Counted from the first letter of the stretch, positions 45,720 through 56,515 are shown. The stretch is DNA of 64,000 nt from Pseudomonadota bacterium (GCA_018241725.1 JAFEDI010000129.1:29774-93773), one strand, 5' to 3'. Notes: generated from the sequence alone by a model not told the origin. Numbers and translations: made by a program.

Positions 45720-46077
45720 ACAGGTGGCTGAGTGCCTCCGCTCAGTTCGTCGCCGAAGTCGGCGCTTAACTGCACGGCCAGATGACCGTTCGGAATACGG
45801 CGAAGCATGTCGGCAACGGCGTCGCCGTGCTGGTGGCGGCGGATCGTGTCACCGAACAGTCCGGCGACCTGGACTGCCGGGTCGGGCACGAGCTCCGCTG
45901 AAATTCCCGCTGCCTCGAAATGGGCGAGGGTGATCCGGTCGCGCACGCCGACCGCGTGGGCGGCAGCCAGCTTCGCCAGGACTTCGCGGCGTAGTGCTGG
46001 CTCGGTCTGGTCCAGGCTCACGCCGCGAACGCCGGCGTAGATCACCCGCGCGGCAGGATGCCGGTCGTAGCGGGCGC
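45720..46077 (-). pseudogene. decayed internal fragment of a polysaccharide pyruvyl-transferase-like gene (tentative)
   Basis: Reverse-frame translation gives YDRHPAARVIYAGVRGVSLDQTEPALRREVLAKLAAAHAVGVRDRITLAHFEAAGISAELVPDPAVQVAGLF. This resembles the central VGVRD-S---L---G----L-PDPA region of pyruvyl transferases. There is no start or N-terminus, because glnE occupies that space, and downstream the frame degenerates. Confidence 0.3.
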
Positions 46078-48771
46078 TCAGCGGGCCAGCGTGTCGCCGA
46101 AGACCCGGTCCCACAGGGCGCGCACGCCGGCTGCCTGCTCGGCCACCTGCGCCCGCTCCACCCGAGATGCCTGGCTGTTGAGGCGCAGGCCGTGTTGCAG
46201 GCGGCGGTACTCCCGGTAGCTGTCGGCCACTGCGGCGGCTTCGTCGGCAGGGATCAGGCCGAGTTCGCCGGCCATCTTCAGCAGCGCGATGTTGCCCAGA
46301 TTGCCGGTCAGGCTGGCGTGCTCATGGGCGTAGCCGAGGACCAGGTACTGGACGATGAACTCCACGTCGATCAGGCCGCCGCGGTCGTGCTTGAGGTCGA
46401 ACAGCTCCGACTTGTGGCTGTGGGCATCCACCATCCGCTGGCGCATCGCCAGCACCTCTTCACGCAGCTTGGCCAGATCGCGGGGTTGGCGCAGCACCTC
46501 GATACGGATCTCTTCGAATTTGCGGCCGATCTCCCGGTCGCCGGCGCAGAAGCGGGCCCGCGTCAGGGCCTGGTGTTCCCACACCCAGGCGTTCTCCAGC
46601 TGGTACTGGCGGAAGGCTTCGAGGGACACCACCATCAGGCCCGAGTCGCCGTTGGGGCGCAGGCGCAGGTCGGTCTCGAAGAGCTGGCCGGCCGGGGTCT
46701 GGGCGGACAGCCAGGTGTTGGTGCGCTGGCCGAGGCGGGTGTAGACCTCGGCGGCCTCCGGGGCGTCGTCGTCATGGACGAAGACCATATCCAGGTCGGA
46801 GGCGTAGCCGAGTTCCTTGCCGCCCAGCTTGCCGTAGGCCAGTACCGCGAACTTCGGGTCGTCCCGGTGGCGGTTCTTGATCTTGCGCCAGCACATGGTG
46901 ATGGTGAGGTCCACGATGATGTCTGCGAGTGCCGACAGGAAGTCGGCATGGCGCTCGACGGTCAGCTTGCCGGCGATGTCCTTGGTGAGCAGGCGGAACA
47001 CCTGGGCGTGGTGCTGTTCGCGCATCAGGTCCATCTGGCGCTCCATGTCCGGCTCGATCTCGTCGAGCTGGTGGGCCAGATCGGTGCGGAAGGCCGGCAG
47101 GTCCAGTTCTTCCTCGAGGATGCGTGGGTCGAGGGCTTCGTCGAGGAGCAGCGGGTGGCGGTTGAGGAACTGGGCCGCCCACAAGGAGGCGCTGACCAGC
47201 TCGGCAACCTTGTGCAGGGTCTGTGGATATTGCTGCAGCAAGGCCAGGTAGGAGCCGCGCCGGCTGATCGCGTCGAGCATGTCTAGCAGGCGTTCAAAGG
47301 TAGCGTTCGGGTCGGCAGTCTCGGCGGCGGCCTCGATGACCCGTGGGATCAGCGGGTCGAAGCGCATCTTGATGCCGGGGGGCATCTGCTGGTAGCGGTT
47401 GCCGCTGCGCACTGCGGACAGGCGGCGCGCAGCGGCGGCCGGGTCGGGGTAGCCAAGGCGCTGGAACTCTTCGCTGCTGCGTGTCTCGTCGCAGGCAGTC
47501 GACCACAGGGTGTCGAGGTCGTGGCCGGCCTCGGTGGGGTCGCCGAAGACGCCGTTGAAGTGGCGGCCGACCATTTCCCGGTGATCGTCCAGTTCCACCA
47601 GCAGGGCCTCGTAGGAGGCGAAGCCCATTGCCTTGGCGATGATCGCCTGGTCCTCCGGGCTGGCCGGCAGATTGTGGGTCTGGGCGTCGTCCAGGTATTG
47701 CAGACGGTGCTCCAGGCGGCGCAGGAAATCGTAGGCCGCCGCCAGCTCGCGCTCCGCCTGGCGGGTGATGATGCTCCGCTCGGCGAGGCGGTCGAGCACC
47801 CTGAGGGTCGGCTTGATCTGCAGCGCGCTGTCGCGGCCGCCGCGGATCAGCTGGAAGACCTGGGCCAGGAACTCGATCTCGCGGATGCCGCCGGGGCCCA
47901 GCTTGACGTTGTTGGCCATGTCCTTGCGCGCCACCTCGCGGCGGATCTGCGCGTGCAGGTCGCGCATCGCGTTGATGGCGCCGAAGTCCAGGTACTTGCG
48001 GAAGATGAAGGGGCGGGCGATGGCCGACAGCTCGGCACCGCGGATGCCGGTCATCACGCGGGCCTTGATCCAGGCATAGCGCTCCCACTCGCGGCCCTGG
48101 GTGATGAAGTAGTTTTCCAGCATGTCGAAGCTGGCCACCAGCGGACCGGAGTCGCCGTTGGGGCGCAGGCGCATGTCCACGCGGAAGACCTGGCCGTCGC
48201 CGGTGAGGTCGTTGAGGGCCTGGATCACACCGCGGCCGAGCTTGGTGAAGAATTCGAAGTTGTCGATGATCTTCGGTCCGGCGGTGGCGCCGTCTTCCGG
48301 ATAGACGAAGATCAGGTCGATGTCGGATGACACGTTGAGCTCGCGGCCGCCCAGTTTGCCCATGCCGATGATGATGAACTCCTGCTCGCGGCCGTCGGAG
48401 GACACCGGCACGCCGTGGCGGGCCACCAACTGTTCGCGCAGTACGTCGTGGGCGGTCTCGACGGCGATGTCGGCGAGCAGCGTCATCGTCTCGGTGACTT
48501 CCGTCAGGTCGGCCAGGCGCGCGATGTCGCGCACCAACACATGGCAGATCACCCAGGCCCGCAGCTTGCGCAGAACCGTCTTCAGGTTGTTGTCGTCCAC
48601 TTTCTCGGCACGCAGGTAATCCCGCAGCGCGGTGGCGTCGAGGGGCGCGCCAATGCTGGCGGCGAGTGTCCCTGCCAGCCACGGGCGGCTGTCCAGCTGG
48701 CGACGCAGGAAGCGGGAGCTGGCGAGTGCAGTCTCGACGGGGGCAGGAAGAATGATGTTCGGTTCGGACAT
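46078..48771 (-). CDS. glnE: bifunctional glutamine synthetase adenylyltransferase/adenylyl-removing enzyme
   Basis: 897 aa with duplicated nucleotidyltransferase cores (GKLGGRELNVSSDIDLIFVY and GKLGGKELGYASDLDMVFVH). Confidence 0.95.
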   Translation of the reverse strand: MSEPNIILPAPVETALASSRFLRRQLDSRPWLAGTLAASIGAPLDATALRDYLRAEKVDDNNLKTVLRKLRAWVICHVLVRDIARLADLTEVTETMTLLADIAVETAHDVLREQLVARHGVPVSSDGREQEFIIIGMGKLGGRELNVSSDIDLIFVYPEDGATAGPKIIDNFEFFTKLGRGVIQALNDLTGDGQVFRVDMRLRPNGDSGPLVASFDMLENYFITQGREWERYAWIKARVMTGIRGAELSAIARPFIFRKYLDFGAINAMRDLHAQIRREVARKDMANNVKLGPGGIREIEFLAQVFQLIRGGRDSALQIKPTLRVLDRLAERSIITRQAERELAAAYDFLRRLEHRLQYLDDAQTHNLPASPEDQAIIAKAMGFASYEALLVELDDHREMVGRHFNGVFGDPTEAGHDLDTLWSTACDETRSSEEFQRLGYPDPAAAARRLSAVRSGNRYQQMPPGIKMRFDPLIPRVIEAAAETADPNATFERLLDMLDAISRRGSYLALLQQYPQTLHKVAELVSASLWAAQFLNRHPLLLDEALDPRILEEELDLPAFRTDLAHQLDEIEPDMERQMDLMREQHHAQVFRLLTKDIAGKLTVERHADFLSALADIIVDLTITMCWRKIKNRHRDDPKFAVLAYGKLGGKELGYASDLDMVFVHDDDAPEAAEVYTRLGQRTNTWLSAQTPAGQLFETDLRLRPNGDSGLMVVSLEAFRQYQLENAWVWEHQALTRARFCAGDREIGRKFEEIRIEVLRQPRDLAKLREEVLAMRQRMVDAHSHKSELFDLKHDRGGLIDVEFIVQYLVLGYAHEHASLTGNLGNIALLKMAGELGLIPADEAAAVADSYREYRRLQHGLRLNSQASRVERAQVAEQAAGVRALWDRVFGDTLAR

Positions 48772-48864
48772 GGGCTGGGCCGATTGATAGAATACGGGAC
48801 TGTTTATGTTCGCCCCGAGTTATGTCTGCCGGACTGATTTTCGTCAAGCCTGAAGCCGGATGCA

Positions 48865-51800
48865 TTGCCCTCCGGCAACCTGTCCGGCCCGCCCCTGTCG
48901 GGGCTGAATCCGCCCGTAAGGGTGGCCTCCGTGCTGCACGTGCCTAAGTTTCTACGCTGGTTGCTACTCCATCTGCCCAGCGTGTGCGTGCGCCGGCTGG
49001 TGAGTGTCGGCTTGATCGTCTATTTTGTCGCCGGGCTGGGCTTTCTCGGCATGCGCCACGTGGTACTGCCGATGGTGCCAGCCTACCGCGGCGAGGTCGC
49101 CCAGCTGCTGTCCCGTTCCCTCGGCCTGCCGGTGGACATCGGCAGCCTGTCCGCCGACTGGCGCGGCTTGCATCCGCACCTGCAACTGGGCGGGCTGGTC
49201 ATCAAGGACAGGGCCGGCCAAGCGGCCCTGAGCCTGAACCAGGTGGATACCGAAGTGGGTTGGTCATCGCTGCTGTTCATGCGCCTGCGCCTGCACCGGC
49301 TGGAGATCGAAGCGCCCGACCTGGCCATCCGGCGCCTTGCCGACGGGCGCATCTTCGTGGCTGGATTGCAGGTCAATACGGCCGGTGAATCCAGCGATTT
49401 TCCGGCATGGTTGCTCGACCAGCGCGAGATCGTGATCCGCAACGCGCGGGTGGAGTGGTCCGACGCGCTGCGTGGGGCCGAGCCGTTGAGCCTCGACAAG
49501 CTGTCCTTCCGCCTGGAAAACCACGGCGCCAGCCACCGTTTTGGCTTGGTTGCTCAGCCGCCGGCGCAGCTTGCGGCGGCCCTCGACGTGCGCGGTGAAT
49601 TGCGCGGCCGCGATCCGGCCCGCCTCGACACCTGGAGCGGCGAACTCTATGCCGGCCTCGATTACGCCGATCTCGGTGCATGGCGGCAATGGGTCGATTA
49701 TCCCCTCGATGCCGACGGTGCCGGTGGCCTGCGCGTCTGGCTGGATTTCGCGAAGGGCCGTTTCATGGCGCTGACCGCTGATTTCGCGCTGCGCGACGCC
49801 CATGCCCGCCTCGGCAAGGATCTCGACGACATCCCGCTGGCTCACGCCGAAGGCCGGCTGCGCTTCCGCAACGACAAGGGCGTCATCGAAGCCAGCGCCA
49901 AACGCCTGTCCTTGCAGACCCGCGATGGCCTGACGGTGGCGCCGACCGATTTCTTCCTGCGTCTGCAGGAGCGCCGCGGCGGCACGCCGAGCAAGGGTGA
50001 GTTCGTTGCCAATCAGCTGGATCTGGCCGCGCTGTCGGGTCTGGCCGGGCGGTTGCCTCTCGACGAGGACTTCCGCAAGCGCCTGGCCGAACTGGCTCCG
50101 AGCGGTACGGTGGCGCCACTTAACGTGAAGTGGAGCGGCGGTACCGACGGTGAGCCTGTCGCCACCTACGCGATGGACGCCACGTTCAGTCACCTGGGTA
50201 TCGCGCCGGTGGGCACGTGGCCGGGCTTTGCCGGGCTGTCCGGGCGTGTGGAGGGCAACGACCGCGGCGGCCGCTTCACCCTGAGCGGCAAGGACGCCAG
50301 CGTCGATCTGCCGCGGGTTTTTCCTGAGCCGCGGCTGGTGTTCGCCGAGCTGGCGGCGGAGGGGGCCTGGAGCCACCCCGGCGGCGTGCTGGAGGTGAGC
50401 CTGGATAAGGTCGGTTTTGCCAACAAGGACGCCCGTGGTACCGCCTCCGGCCGCTATCGGGCCATGCCCAATACGCTGGGGGAAATCGACCTGCAGGCCC
50501 GCCTGTCGGAAGCCGAGAGCACCGCGGTGTGGCGCTACATGCCCAGCGTGGTGAACAAGGACGCCCGCGACTGGCTGCAGCACAGCCTGACCGGTGGCAA
50601 GGCACTGGACACGCGGCTGGTCCTGAAGGGCGATCTGGCCAAATTCCCGTTCCGCAACCCGAAGGACGGAACCTTCCGCGTCATTGCGCGGATCGCCGAC
50701 GGTCGCCTGGACTATGCACCGGGCTGGCCGAAGATCGACGGCATCACCGGCGAGCTGATCTTCGAAGGCCCCGGCATGACCGTGAAGGCCCAGCGGGCCC
50801 ATATCTTCGGTGTCGAACTGAAGGATGTGGCGGTTGTACTGCCGGATTTCGAGAACAACGATGTGCTGGGCATCCGCGGCGGCGCCGGCGGGCCGACACA
50901 GGACTTCCTGCGCTTCCTCTCCGAGAGCCCGATCGCCGGCAAGATCAACCATTTCACCGACCCTTTCCGCGCCGACGGCAGCGGCAGCCTGGACCTGCAC
51001 CTGACTCTGCCGCTGCAGAAAATGGAGAACTCTCGGGTCAAGGGCGAATACCAGTTCACCCACAACCAGCTGCAGGTCGACCCGGCGATGCCGGTGTTCA
51101 CCGAGGCGAGCGGGAGGGTGGCCTTCACCGAGAGCCAGCTGCAGATCAAGAGCGGCACCGCCCGCGTGCTCGGCGACCCGGTCAGCGTCGCCGGCGGCAG
51201 CCGCGCCGACGGCAGCGTGCTGATCAATGCCCAGGGCACCCTCAGCGCCCAGGCCCTGCGGCGCGAGCTGGACCTGCCGCTGCTTGACCACCTGTCGGGC
51301 TCTGCTGCGTGGAAGGGGGCGATCAGCGTGCCGAAGCAGGGCGGCGTGGCCTTCGTGCTGGACACGGGCCTGCAGGGGGTCAGCTCCAGCCTGCCCGAAC
51401 CGCTCAACAAGTCAGCTTCCGCGGTGCTGCCCTTCCACTTCGAAATGCTCGCCAACCCCTCGGTCAATGGCGTGCCGGGCGGCGATACCCTCAAGCTGGC
51501 CGCCGGCCAGGCCTTCCAGGCCCAATTCCTGCGCCGCCGTGAAGGCAACCGCACGGTGGTCGTGCGCGGTGGCATGGCCCTCAACGAACCGGTGCGACTG
51601 GGCGATAAGGGCGTGCTGGTCAGCGCCACCGCCGACCGCCTGGATGCCGATGCGTGGCGCAAGGCGCTGGCCGGCAAGTCGGCGGCTGCTCCGGCCAACG
51701 GCAGCCAGGACAGCAGCGGCTTCCCGCTGTCCGGCCTGGCCCTGCGGGCCAGCGAGCTGCGCCTGCTCGGCCAGCGCCTCAACGACGTGACCCTGCGCGC

Positions 51801-52815
51801 GGTGATGGAGGAGGGCGGCTGGCAGGCCCGGCTGGCCAGCCGTGAGGCCAGCGGCGACGTAGTATGGCGCGATCAGGGCCGTGGCCGCCTGCAGGGGCGC
51901 TTCAAGCAGCTGTCTGTCGGCTCGGCCAGCGGCAAGGAGGCCGCCGACACCGCGTCCCGCACCGACGAGGAGCGCCTTTCCGAACTGCCCGGCCTGGACA
52001 TCAGTGCCGACAGTTTCGTGCTGCGCGGCCACTCCCTCGGCAAGCTCGACCTGAAGGCCGCCAACCGCGGCGACCTCTGGCGGCTGGAGCAGCTCAGCAT
52101 CGTCAATCCGGACGGCAGCCTGACTGGCGACGGCAGCTGGCGGCCGGGTAGCCGGGAGGAGACCCGCCTCAACTTCAAGCTCGACGTGAGCAGCGTGGAG
52201 AAGATGCTCAGCCGCCTCGGATACCCGGAGGCGGTCAGGCGCGGCAAGGCCCAGCTGGAAGGCGACGTGTCCTGGCGCGGGGCGCCCACGTCCATCCACT
52301 TCCCGACCCTGGGCGGCAAGCTGCAGGTCAATGTGGAAAGCGGTCAGTTCACGCAGCTCGAGCCGGGCGTCGGGCGTCTGCTCGGGGTGCTCAGCCTGCA
52401 GTCGCTGCCGCGCCGCATCACGCTGGATTTCCGTGACGTGTTTTCCGAAGGATTCGCCTTCGACCGTATTTCCGGTAGCATCCAGATGAACAACGGCGTG
52501 CTGCGTACCGATGACCTCGATGTGTTCGGCCCCGCGGCCCGTGTCTATATGAGCGGTGAGGCTGACTCAGTGCGGGAAACGCAGAACCTGCGGGTCAAGG
52601 TACAGCCCACGCTGTCCGAGTCGATCGCGGTCGGCTCCGCCATCGCGACCACCGGTGCCATCCACCCGGCGATCGGGTTGGCCGCCTATCTGGTGCAGAA
52701 GGTTCTGCGCGATCCGGTCGAGAAGCTGTTCAGCTTCGAGTACGCGGTGACCGGCAGCTGGTCCGACCCAAAGGTCGACAAGCTGGCGGTCAAGCCGCTC
52801 GCGACACCCCCTTAG
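48865..52815 (+). CDS. yhdP: YhdP-family (AsmA2/TIGR02099-like) large envelope protein
   Basis: 1316 aa from TTG 48865; an alternative GTG 48931 has AAGGGTGG upstream. N-terminal TM (LVSVGLIVYFVAGLGFLG), a long beta-rich body and the conserved C-terminal YAVTGSWSDPKVDKL. Confidence 0.8.
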   Translation: MPSGNLSGPPLSGLNPPVRVASVLHVPKFLRWLLLHLPSVCVRRLVSVGLIVYFVAGLGFLGMRHVVLPMVPAYRGEVAQLLSRSLGLPVDIGSLSADWRGLHPHLQLGGLVIKDRAGQAALSLNQVDTEVGWSSLLFMRLRLHRLEIEAPDLAIRRLADGRIFVAGLQVNTAGESSDFPAWLLDQREIVIRNARVEWSDALRGAEPLSLDKLSFRLENHGASHRFGLVAQPPAQLAAALDVRGELRGRDPARLDTWSGELYAGLDYADLGAWRQWVDYPLDADGAGGLRVWLDFAKGRFMALTADFALRDAHARLGKDLDDIPLAHAEGRLRFRNDKGVIEASAKRLSLQTRDGLTVAPTDFFLRLQERRGGTPSKGEFVANQLDLAALSGLAGRLPLDEDFRKRLAELAPSGTVAPLNVKWSGGTDGEPVATYAMDATFSHLGIAPVGTWPGFAGLSGRVEGNDRGGRFTLSGKDASVDLPRVFPEPRLVFAELAAEGAWSHPGGVLEVSLDKVGFANKDARGTASGRYRAMPNTLGEIDLQARLSEAESTAVWRYMPSVVNKDARDWLQHSLTGGKALDTRLVLKGDLAKFPFRNPKDGTFRVIARIADGRLDYAPGWPKIDGITGELIFEGPGMTVKAQRAHIFGVELKDVAVVLPDFENNDVLGIRGGAGGPTQDFLRFLSESPIAGKINHFTDPFRADGSGSLDLHLTLPLQKMENSRVKGEYQFTHNQLQVDPAMPVFTEASGRVAFTESQLQIKSGTARVLGDPVSVAGGSRADGSVLINAQGTLSAQALRRELDLPLLDHLSGSAAWKGAISVPKQGGVAFVLDTGLQGVSSSLPEPLNKSASAVLPFHFEMLANPSVNGVPGGDTLKLAAGQAFQAQFLRRREGNRTVVVRGGMALNEPVRLGDKGVLVSATADRLDADAWRKALAGKSAAAPANGSQDSSGFPLSGLALRASELRLLGQRLNDVTLRAVMEEGGWQARLASREASGDVVWRDQGRGRLQGRFKQLSVGSASGKEAADTASRTDEERLSELPGLDISADSFVLRGHSLGKLDLKAANRGDLWRLEQLSIVNPDGSLTGDGSWRPGSREETRLNFKLDVSSVEKMLSRLGYPEAVRRGKAQLEGDVSWRGAPTSIHFPTLGGKLQVNVESGQFTQLEPGVGRLLGVLSLQSLPRRITLDFRDVFSEGFAFDRISGSIQMNNGVLRTDDLDVFGPAARVYMSGEADSVRETQNLRVKVQPTLSESIAVGSAIATTGAIHPAIGLAAYLVQKVLRDPVEKLFSFEYAVTGSWSDPKVDKLAVKPLATPP

Positions 52816-52836
52816 TCCGTCTGCGAGGAGACGCCC

Positions 52837-53652
52837 ATGACACAATCGCTTTGCCGCATCGCCAGCGTCCAGATGGTCTCCGGCCCCGACGTGGACGCCA
52901 ACCTGGCCGATGCCGGGCGCCTGATCGCCGAGGCGGCCGAGGCCGGTGCGAAGCTCGTCGCGCTGCCCGAGTATTTCCCGCTGATCACCGCCGACGAGAC
53001 CGCCAAGGTACGCATCCGCGAGCGGGACGACGGCAGCGGCCCGATCCAGACCTTCCTGCGTGACACGGCCCGCCGACACAAGGTGTGGCTGATCGGTGGC
53101 TCCTGTCCGATGGAAGCCTCGGTGTCCGACAGGGTCAAGAATTCGACCCTCGTCTACGACGACGAGGGCCGGCGCGTGGCCCGCTATGACAAGATCCACC
53201 TGTTCGGCTTCCGCAAAGGTGACGAGTACTACGACGAATCCGCCACCATCGAGGCCGGCAACGAGGTTGTCAGCTTCGAGGGGCCCTGCGGCCGCATTGG
53301 CCTGTCGATCTGCTACGACCTGCGCTTTCCCGAGTTTTTCCGTGCGATGGGTACCGTCGACCTGATCGTCCTGCCGGCGGCCTTCACCTACACTACCGGC
53401 AAGGCCCACTGGGAAATGCTGCTGCGCGCCCGCGCGGTTGAAAACCAGTGCTACGTGCTGGCCAGCGCCCAGGGCGGCAGGCACCCCAGCGGGCGGCGTA
53501 CCTGGGGTGACAGCATGATCATCGACCCGTGGGGCGAGGTGCTCGCCCGCCTGCCGGAAGGCCCCGGCGTGATCGTCGCCGACCTCGATCCGGCGCGCAT
53601 CGCCGATGTCCGCGCCAGCCTGCCGGCCCTGCAGCACCGCAAGATCGGCTGA
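52837..53652 (+). CDS. carbon-nitrogen hydrolase family protein
   Basis: 271 aa with Glu-Lys-Cys triad contexts ([25 protein letters not shown]). Confidence 0.85.
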   Translation: MTQSLCRIASVQMVSGPDVDANLADAGRLIAEAAEAGAKLVALPEYFPLITADETAKVRIRERDDGSGPIQTFLRDTARRHKVWLIGGSCPMEASVSDRVKNSTLVYDDEGRRVARYDKIHLFGFRKGDEYYDESATIEAGNEVVSFEGPCGRIGLSICYDLRFPEFFRAMGTVDLIVLPAAFTYTTGKAHWEMLLRARAVENQCYVLASAQGGRHPSGRRTWGDSMIIDPWGEVLARLPEGPGVIVADLDPARIADVRASLPALQHRKIG

Positions 53653-53683
53653 CCCGAAGAACACACATTTTCCCCGAGAGACC

Positions 53684-55141
53684 ATGAGCAAGAATCCCCC
53701 GCCCAACCCCCTCAAGCTGGCCAGCAAACTGCTGCTGAAGCCCTACGACCTGGACTTCGAGGATCTCGACAAGGTTTTCGGCAAGCTGTTCCGCCACAAG
53801 CTCGACTACGCCGACCTGTACTTCCAGTACCACCGCTCCGAGGCGTGGAGCCTGGAGGAGGGCATCGTCAAGTCGGGCAGCTTCAACATCGAGCAGGGCG
53901 TCGGCGTACGCGCCATCACGGGCGAGAAGACCGCCTTCGCCTACTCCGACGACATCAGCCTGAAGGCCCTCAAGGATGCCGCCGATGCGACCCGCGCGAT
54001 CGCCGACAGCGGTCGCCGCAAGACCCACAAGATCGAGGCCGTCAAGAAGGCGCCGCTGGCCCTGTACCGCGCAGACAACCCGCACGACTCCCTCGACGAC
54101 GTGGCCAAGGTCAAGTTGCTGGAGCGCCTCGAGGCGATGGCTCGCGCCGAGGATGCGCGCGTCAAGGAAGTCATGGCCAGCCTGGTCGGCACCTGGGAGG
54201 TAGTGCTGGTGGCGCGCAGCGACGGCCATCTGGCCGCCGACGTGCGCCCGCTGGTGCGGGTGTCGGTGTCTGTGATCATGGAAGAGAACGGCCACCGCGA
54301 GCAGGGCTCCAGCGGCGGTGGCGGGCGTTACGACTACGGCTACTTCAGCGACGAGGTGCTGTCCGGCTTCGCCAAGGCGGCGGTTCATCAGGCGCGCGTC
54401 AATCTCGGTGCCAGCCCGGCGCCGGCCGGCACGATGACCGTCGTGCTCGGCAATGGCTGGCCCGGCATCCTGCTCCACGAAGCCATCGGCCACGGCCTGG
54501 AAGGGGACTTCAACCGCAAGGAAAGCTCGGCTTTCAGCGGCCGCATCGGCCAGCAGGTGGCGGCCAAGGGCGTCACCGTGGTGGACGACGGCACGCTGCA
54601 GGATCGTCGGGGCTCCCTGACCATCGACGACGAGGGCAATCCGACCCAGCGCACCGTGCTGATCGAGGACGGCATCCTGGTCGGCTACATGCAGGACATG
54701 CTCAACGCCCGCCTGATGGGCGTCGCGCCCACCGGCAACGGCCGTCGCGAATCCTTTGCCCACCTGCCGCTGCCACGCATGACCAACACCATCATGCTGG
54801 CCGGCCAGCACGAGCCGGCCGAGATCATCGCGTCGGTAAAGAACGGCCTCTATGCCGCCAACTTCGGTGGCGGACAGGTGGACATCACCTCCGGCAAGTT
54901 CGTTTTCTCCACCTCCGAGTGCTACCTGATCGAGGACGGCAAGGTCACCCGCCCGGTGAAGGGTGCAACGCTGATCGGCAACGGCCCCGACTGCCTGACC
55001 CGCGTGTCGATGATCGGTAACGACCTGCAGCTCGATCCGGGCGTCGGCACCTGCGGCAAGGATGGCCAGAGCGTACCGGTCGGCGTCGGGCAGCCCACCC
55101 TGCGTATCGACGGCCTGACCGTCGGCGGTACCGGCGCTTGA
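53684..55141 (+). CDS. tldD: metalloprotease TldD
   Basis: Start ATG 53684 ([14 protein letters not shown]...). [12 protein letters not shown] motif and Gly-rich C-terminus. Confidence 0.9.
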   Translation: MSKNPPPNPLKLASKLLLKPYDLDFEDLDKVFGKLFRHKLDYADLYFQYHRSEAWSLEEGIVKSGSFNIEQGVGVRAITGEKTAFAYSDDISLKALKDAADATRAIADSGRRKTHKIEAVKKAPLALYRADNPHDSLDDVAKVKLLERLEAMARAEDARVKEVMASLVGTWEVVLVARSDGHLAADVRPLVRVSVSVIMEENGHREQGSSGGGGRYDYGYFSDEVLSGFAKAAVHQARVNLGASPAPAGTMTVVLGNGWPGILLHEAIGHGLEGDFNRKESSAFSGRIGQQVAAKGVTVVDDGTLQDRRGSLTIDDEGNPTQRTVLIEDGILVGYMQDMLNARLMGVAPTGNGRRESFAHLPLPRMTNTIMLAGQHEPAEIIASVKNGLYAANFGGGQVDITSGKFVFSTSECYLIEDGKVTRPVKGATLIGNGPDCLTRVSMIGNDLQLDPGVGTCGKDGQSVPVGVGQPTLRIDGLTVGGTGA

Positions 55142-55146
55142 GCACG

Positions 55147-55956
55147 ATGGAGCGGCGGCGCTTCCTGGCCCTGGCCGGGGTCTGCAGCAGTCTGGCGGTG
55201 AAGGGCGTGCTGGCAGCGCCCGCTCCGGCGGAGGCCGTCGGCAGTTCCAGCCTGGCCATTGCCATCAACAAGGCGGGGCGCCAGCGCATGCTGTCCCAGC
55301 GCACGGCCAAGGCCTGGCTGATGCGTGTGCTGGGTGTGCAGCCCGACCGGGCCGGCATCCTGCTGAGCCGTTCGGTGCAGCTCTTCGACCTGCAGATGAC
55401 TGAGTTGAAGGCCATCCAGCCCAGCGACGACGTGCGCGCCGCTTTGCCGCCACTGGAGCAGGAGTGGGCCCGTTACCGGCCGCTGCTCAACGACCTCCGT
55501 AGCGATCCGAAGGCGGTGTGGACCAGCAGCGAGGCGGTGCTGACGGCCGCCCACAAGCTGACGCTGGCCTATGAAAAGAGCGCCGGCTCGCCGGCCGGCC
55601 AGTTGGTGAACCTTGCCGGACGTCAGCGCATGCTGTCCCAGCGCATGGCCAAGGCGTATTTTTTCCGCCAGCTCGGCGTCAATGCCGGCCCCGCCGGAGA
55701 GATGCTGGACGCGGCAGTCAAGGAATTCGCCAAGGCACACGAGACGCTGAAGGCCAGCCCGCAGAACACGCCGCAGATCAAGACCGAACTGGTGCTGGTG
55801 GAACAGCAGTGGTTCTTCTTCCGCAACGCATTGGGCCTCAACACCGCAGCCGACCAGAAGAAGGCTGCGGAGGTGGTCGGCTCGACCAGCGAACGCATCC
55901 TCGAGCAGATGGATCTGGTCGTCAGCCTTTATGAAAAGCTGGCCCGCGATGCGTAA
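55147..55956 (+). CDS. Tat-exported stand-alone PilJ-N/NarX-type periplasmic sensor-domain protein
   Basis: Tat-like signal MERRRFLALAG. Two internal repeats each carry AGRQRMLSQR(T/M)AKA (a P-box-like motif). No TM or output domain. Confidence 0.7.
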   Translation: MERRRFLALAGVCSSLAVKGVLAAPAPAEAVGSSSLAIAINKAGRQRMLSQRTAKAWLMRVLGVQPDRAGILLSRSVQLFDLQMTELKAIQPSDDVRAALPPLEQEWARYRPLLNDLRSDPKAVWTSSEAVLTAAHKLTLAYEKSAGSPAGQLVNLAGRQRMLSQRMAKAYFFRQLGVNAGPAGEMLDAAVKEFAKAHETLKASPQNTPQIKTELVLVEQQWFFFRNALGLNTAADQKKAAEVVGSTSERILEQMDLVVSLYEKLARDA

Positions 55957-56497
55957 TCGGGCGCTTGCCCGCCTGCGGGGGGCGACCCTCGCCGCTGCTA
56001 CCGTGTTGCTCGGCGCCTGTGCGACGCCGTCGTCCTCGCCACAGGCCATCCAGCGTCTCGACCCGGCTGAACTGGCCCGGCTCGAGGCGGCTCGTGCGGA
56101 ACCGCCCTTGAGCCTCGACGAGATCCTGCGCCAGTCCCGCGCCGGCGTGCCGACCGCGACGCTGCTGGAAACCCTCAAGCGCACCGGCACCCGTCATGCG
56201 CTCAGCCCGTCGGAGGCGATCCGCCTGCGCGAGCAGGGCGTGGCACCCGAGGTGCTCGACGCGATCACCGCGGCCCAGGAACGCTGGGCTCGCGACCAGG
56301 CCACCGCCGACAAGGTCCGCCGCGACACCGAGCAGGCCGCCGCCCTCGACAAGGCGAAGGCCGACGCCGAGCGCTACCGCTTGCAGTCCCAGCCCTACTG
56401 GGACCCGTTGTGGCCCTATCCCTACGCCTATCCGCCGGGCTACCCGGGCTGGCGCGGTTACGGCGGCATAGGCTGGGGCGGGCGCCTGCGGCGCTGA
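55949..56497 (+). CDS. hypothetical lipoprotein with Tyr/Pro/Gly/Trp-rich tail
   Basis: ATG 55949 overlaps the upstream stop. Lipobox VLLGAC. C-terminus PYWDPLWPYPYAYPPGYPGWRGYGGIGWGG. Confidence 0.55.
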   Translation: MRNRALARLRGATLAAATVLLGACATPSSSPQAIQRLDPAELARLEAARAEPPLSLDEILRQSRAGVPTATLLETLKRTGTRHALSPSEAIRLREQGVAPEVLDAITAAQERWARDQATADKVRRDTEQAAALDKAKADAERYRLQSQPYWDPLWPYPYAYPPGYPGWRGYGGIGWGGRLRR

Positions 56498-56515
56498 GCC
56501 CGTTTCATTCCCCTT

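Noticed and set aside
45416-46114. 232-aa minus-strand ORF as an intact gene
   Set aside because: Its ends overlap the MBL hydrolase gene and glnE. Only the central ~110 residues look protein-like, so I treat it as a gene fragment.
49264-51291. 675-aa minus-strand ORF
   Set aside because: It is antisense to the yhdP-family gene and is a shadow frame.
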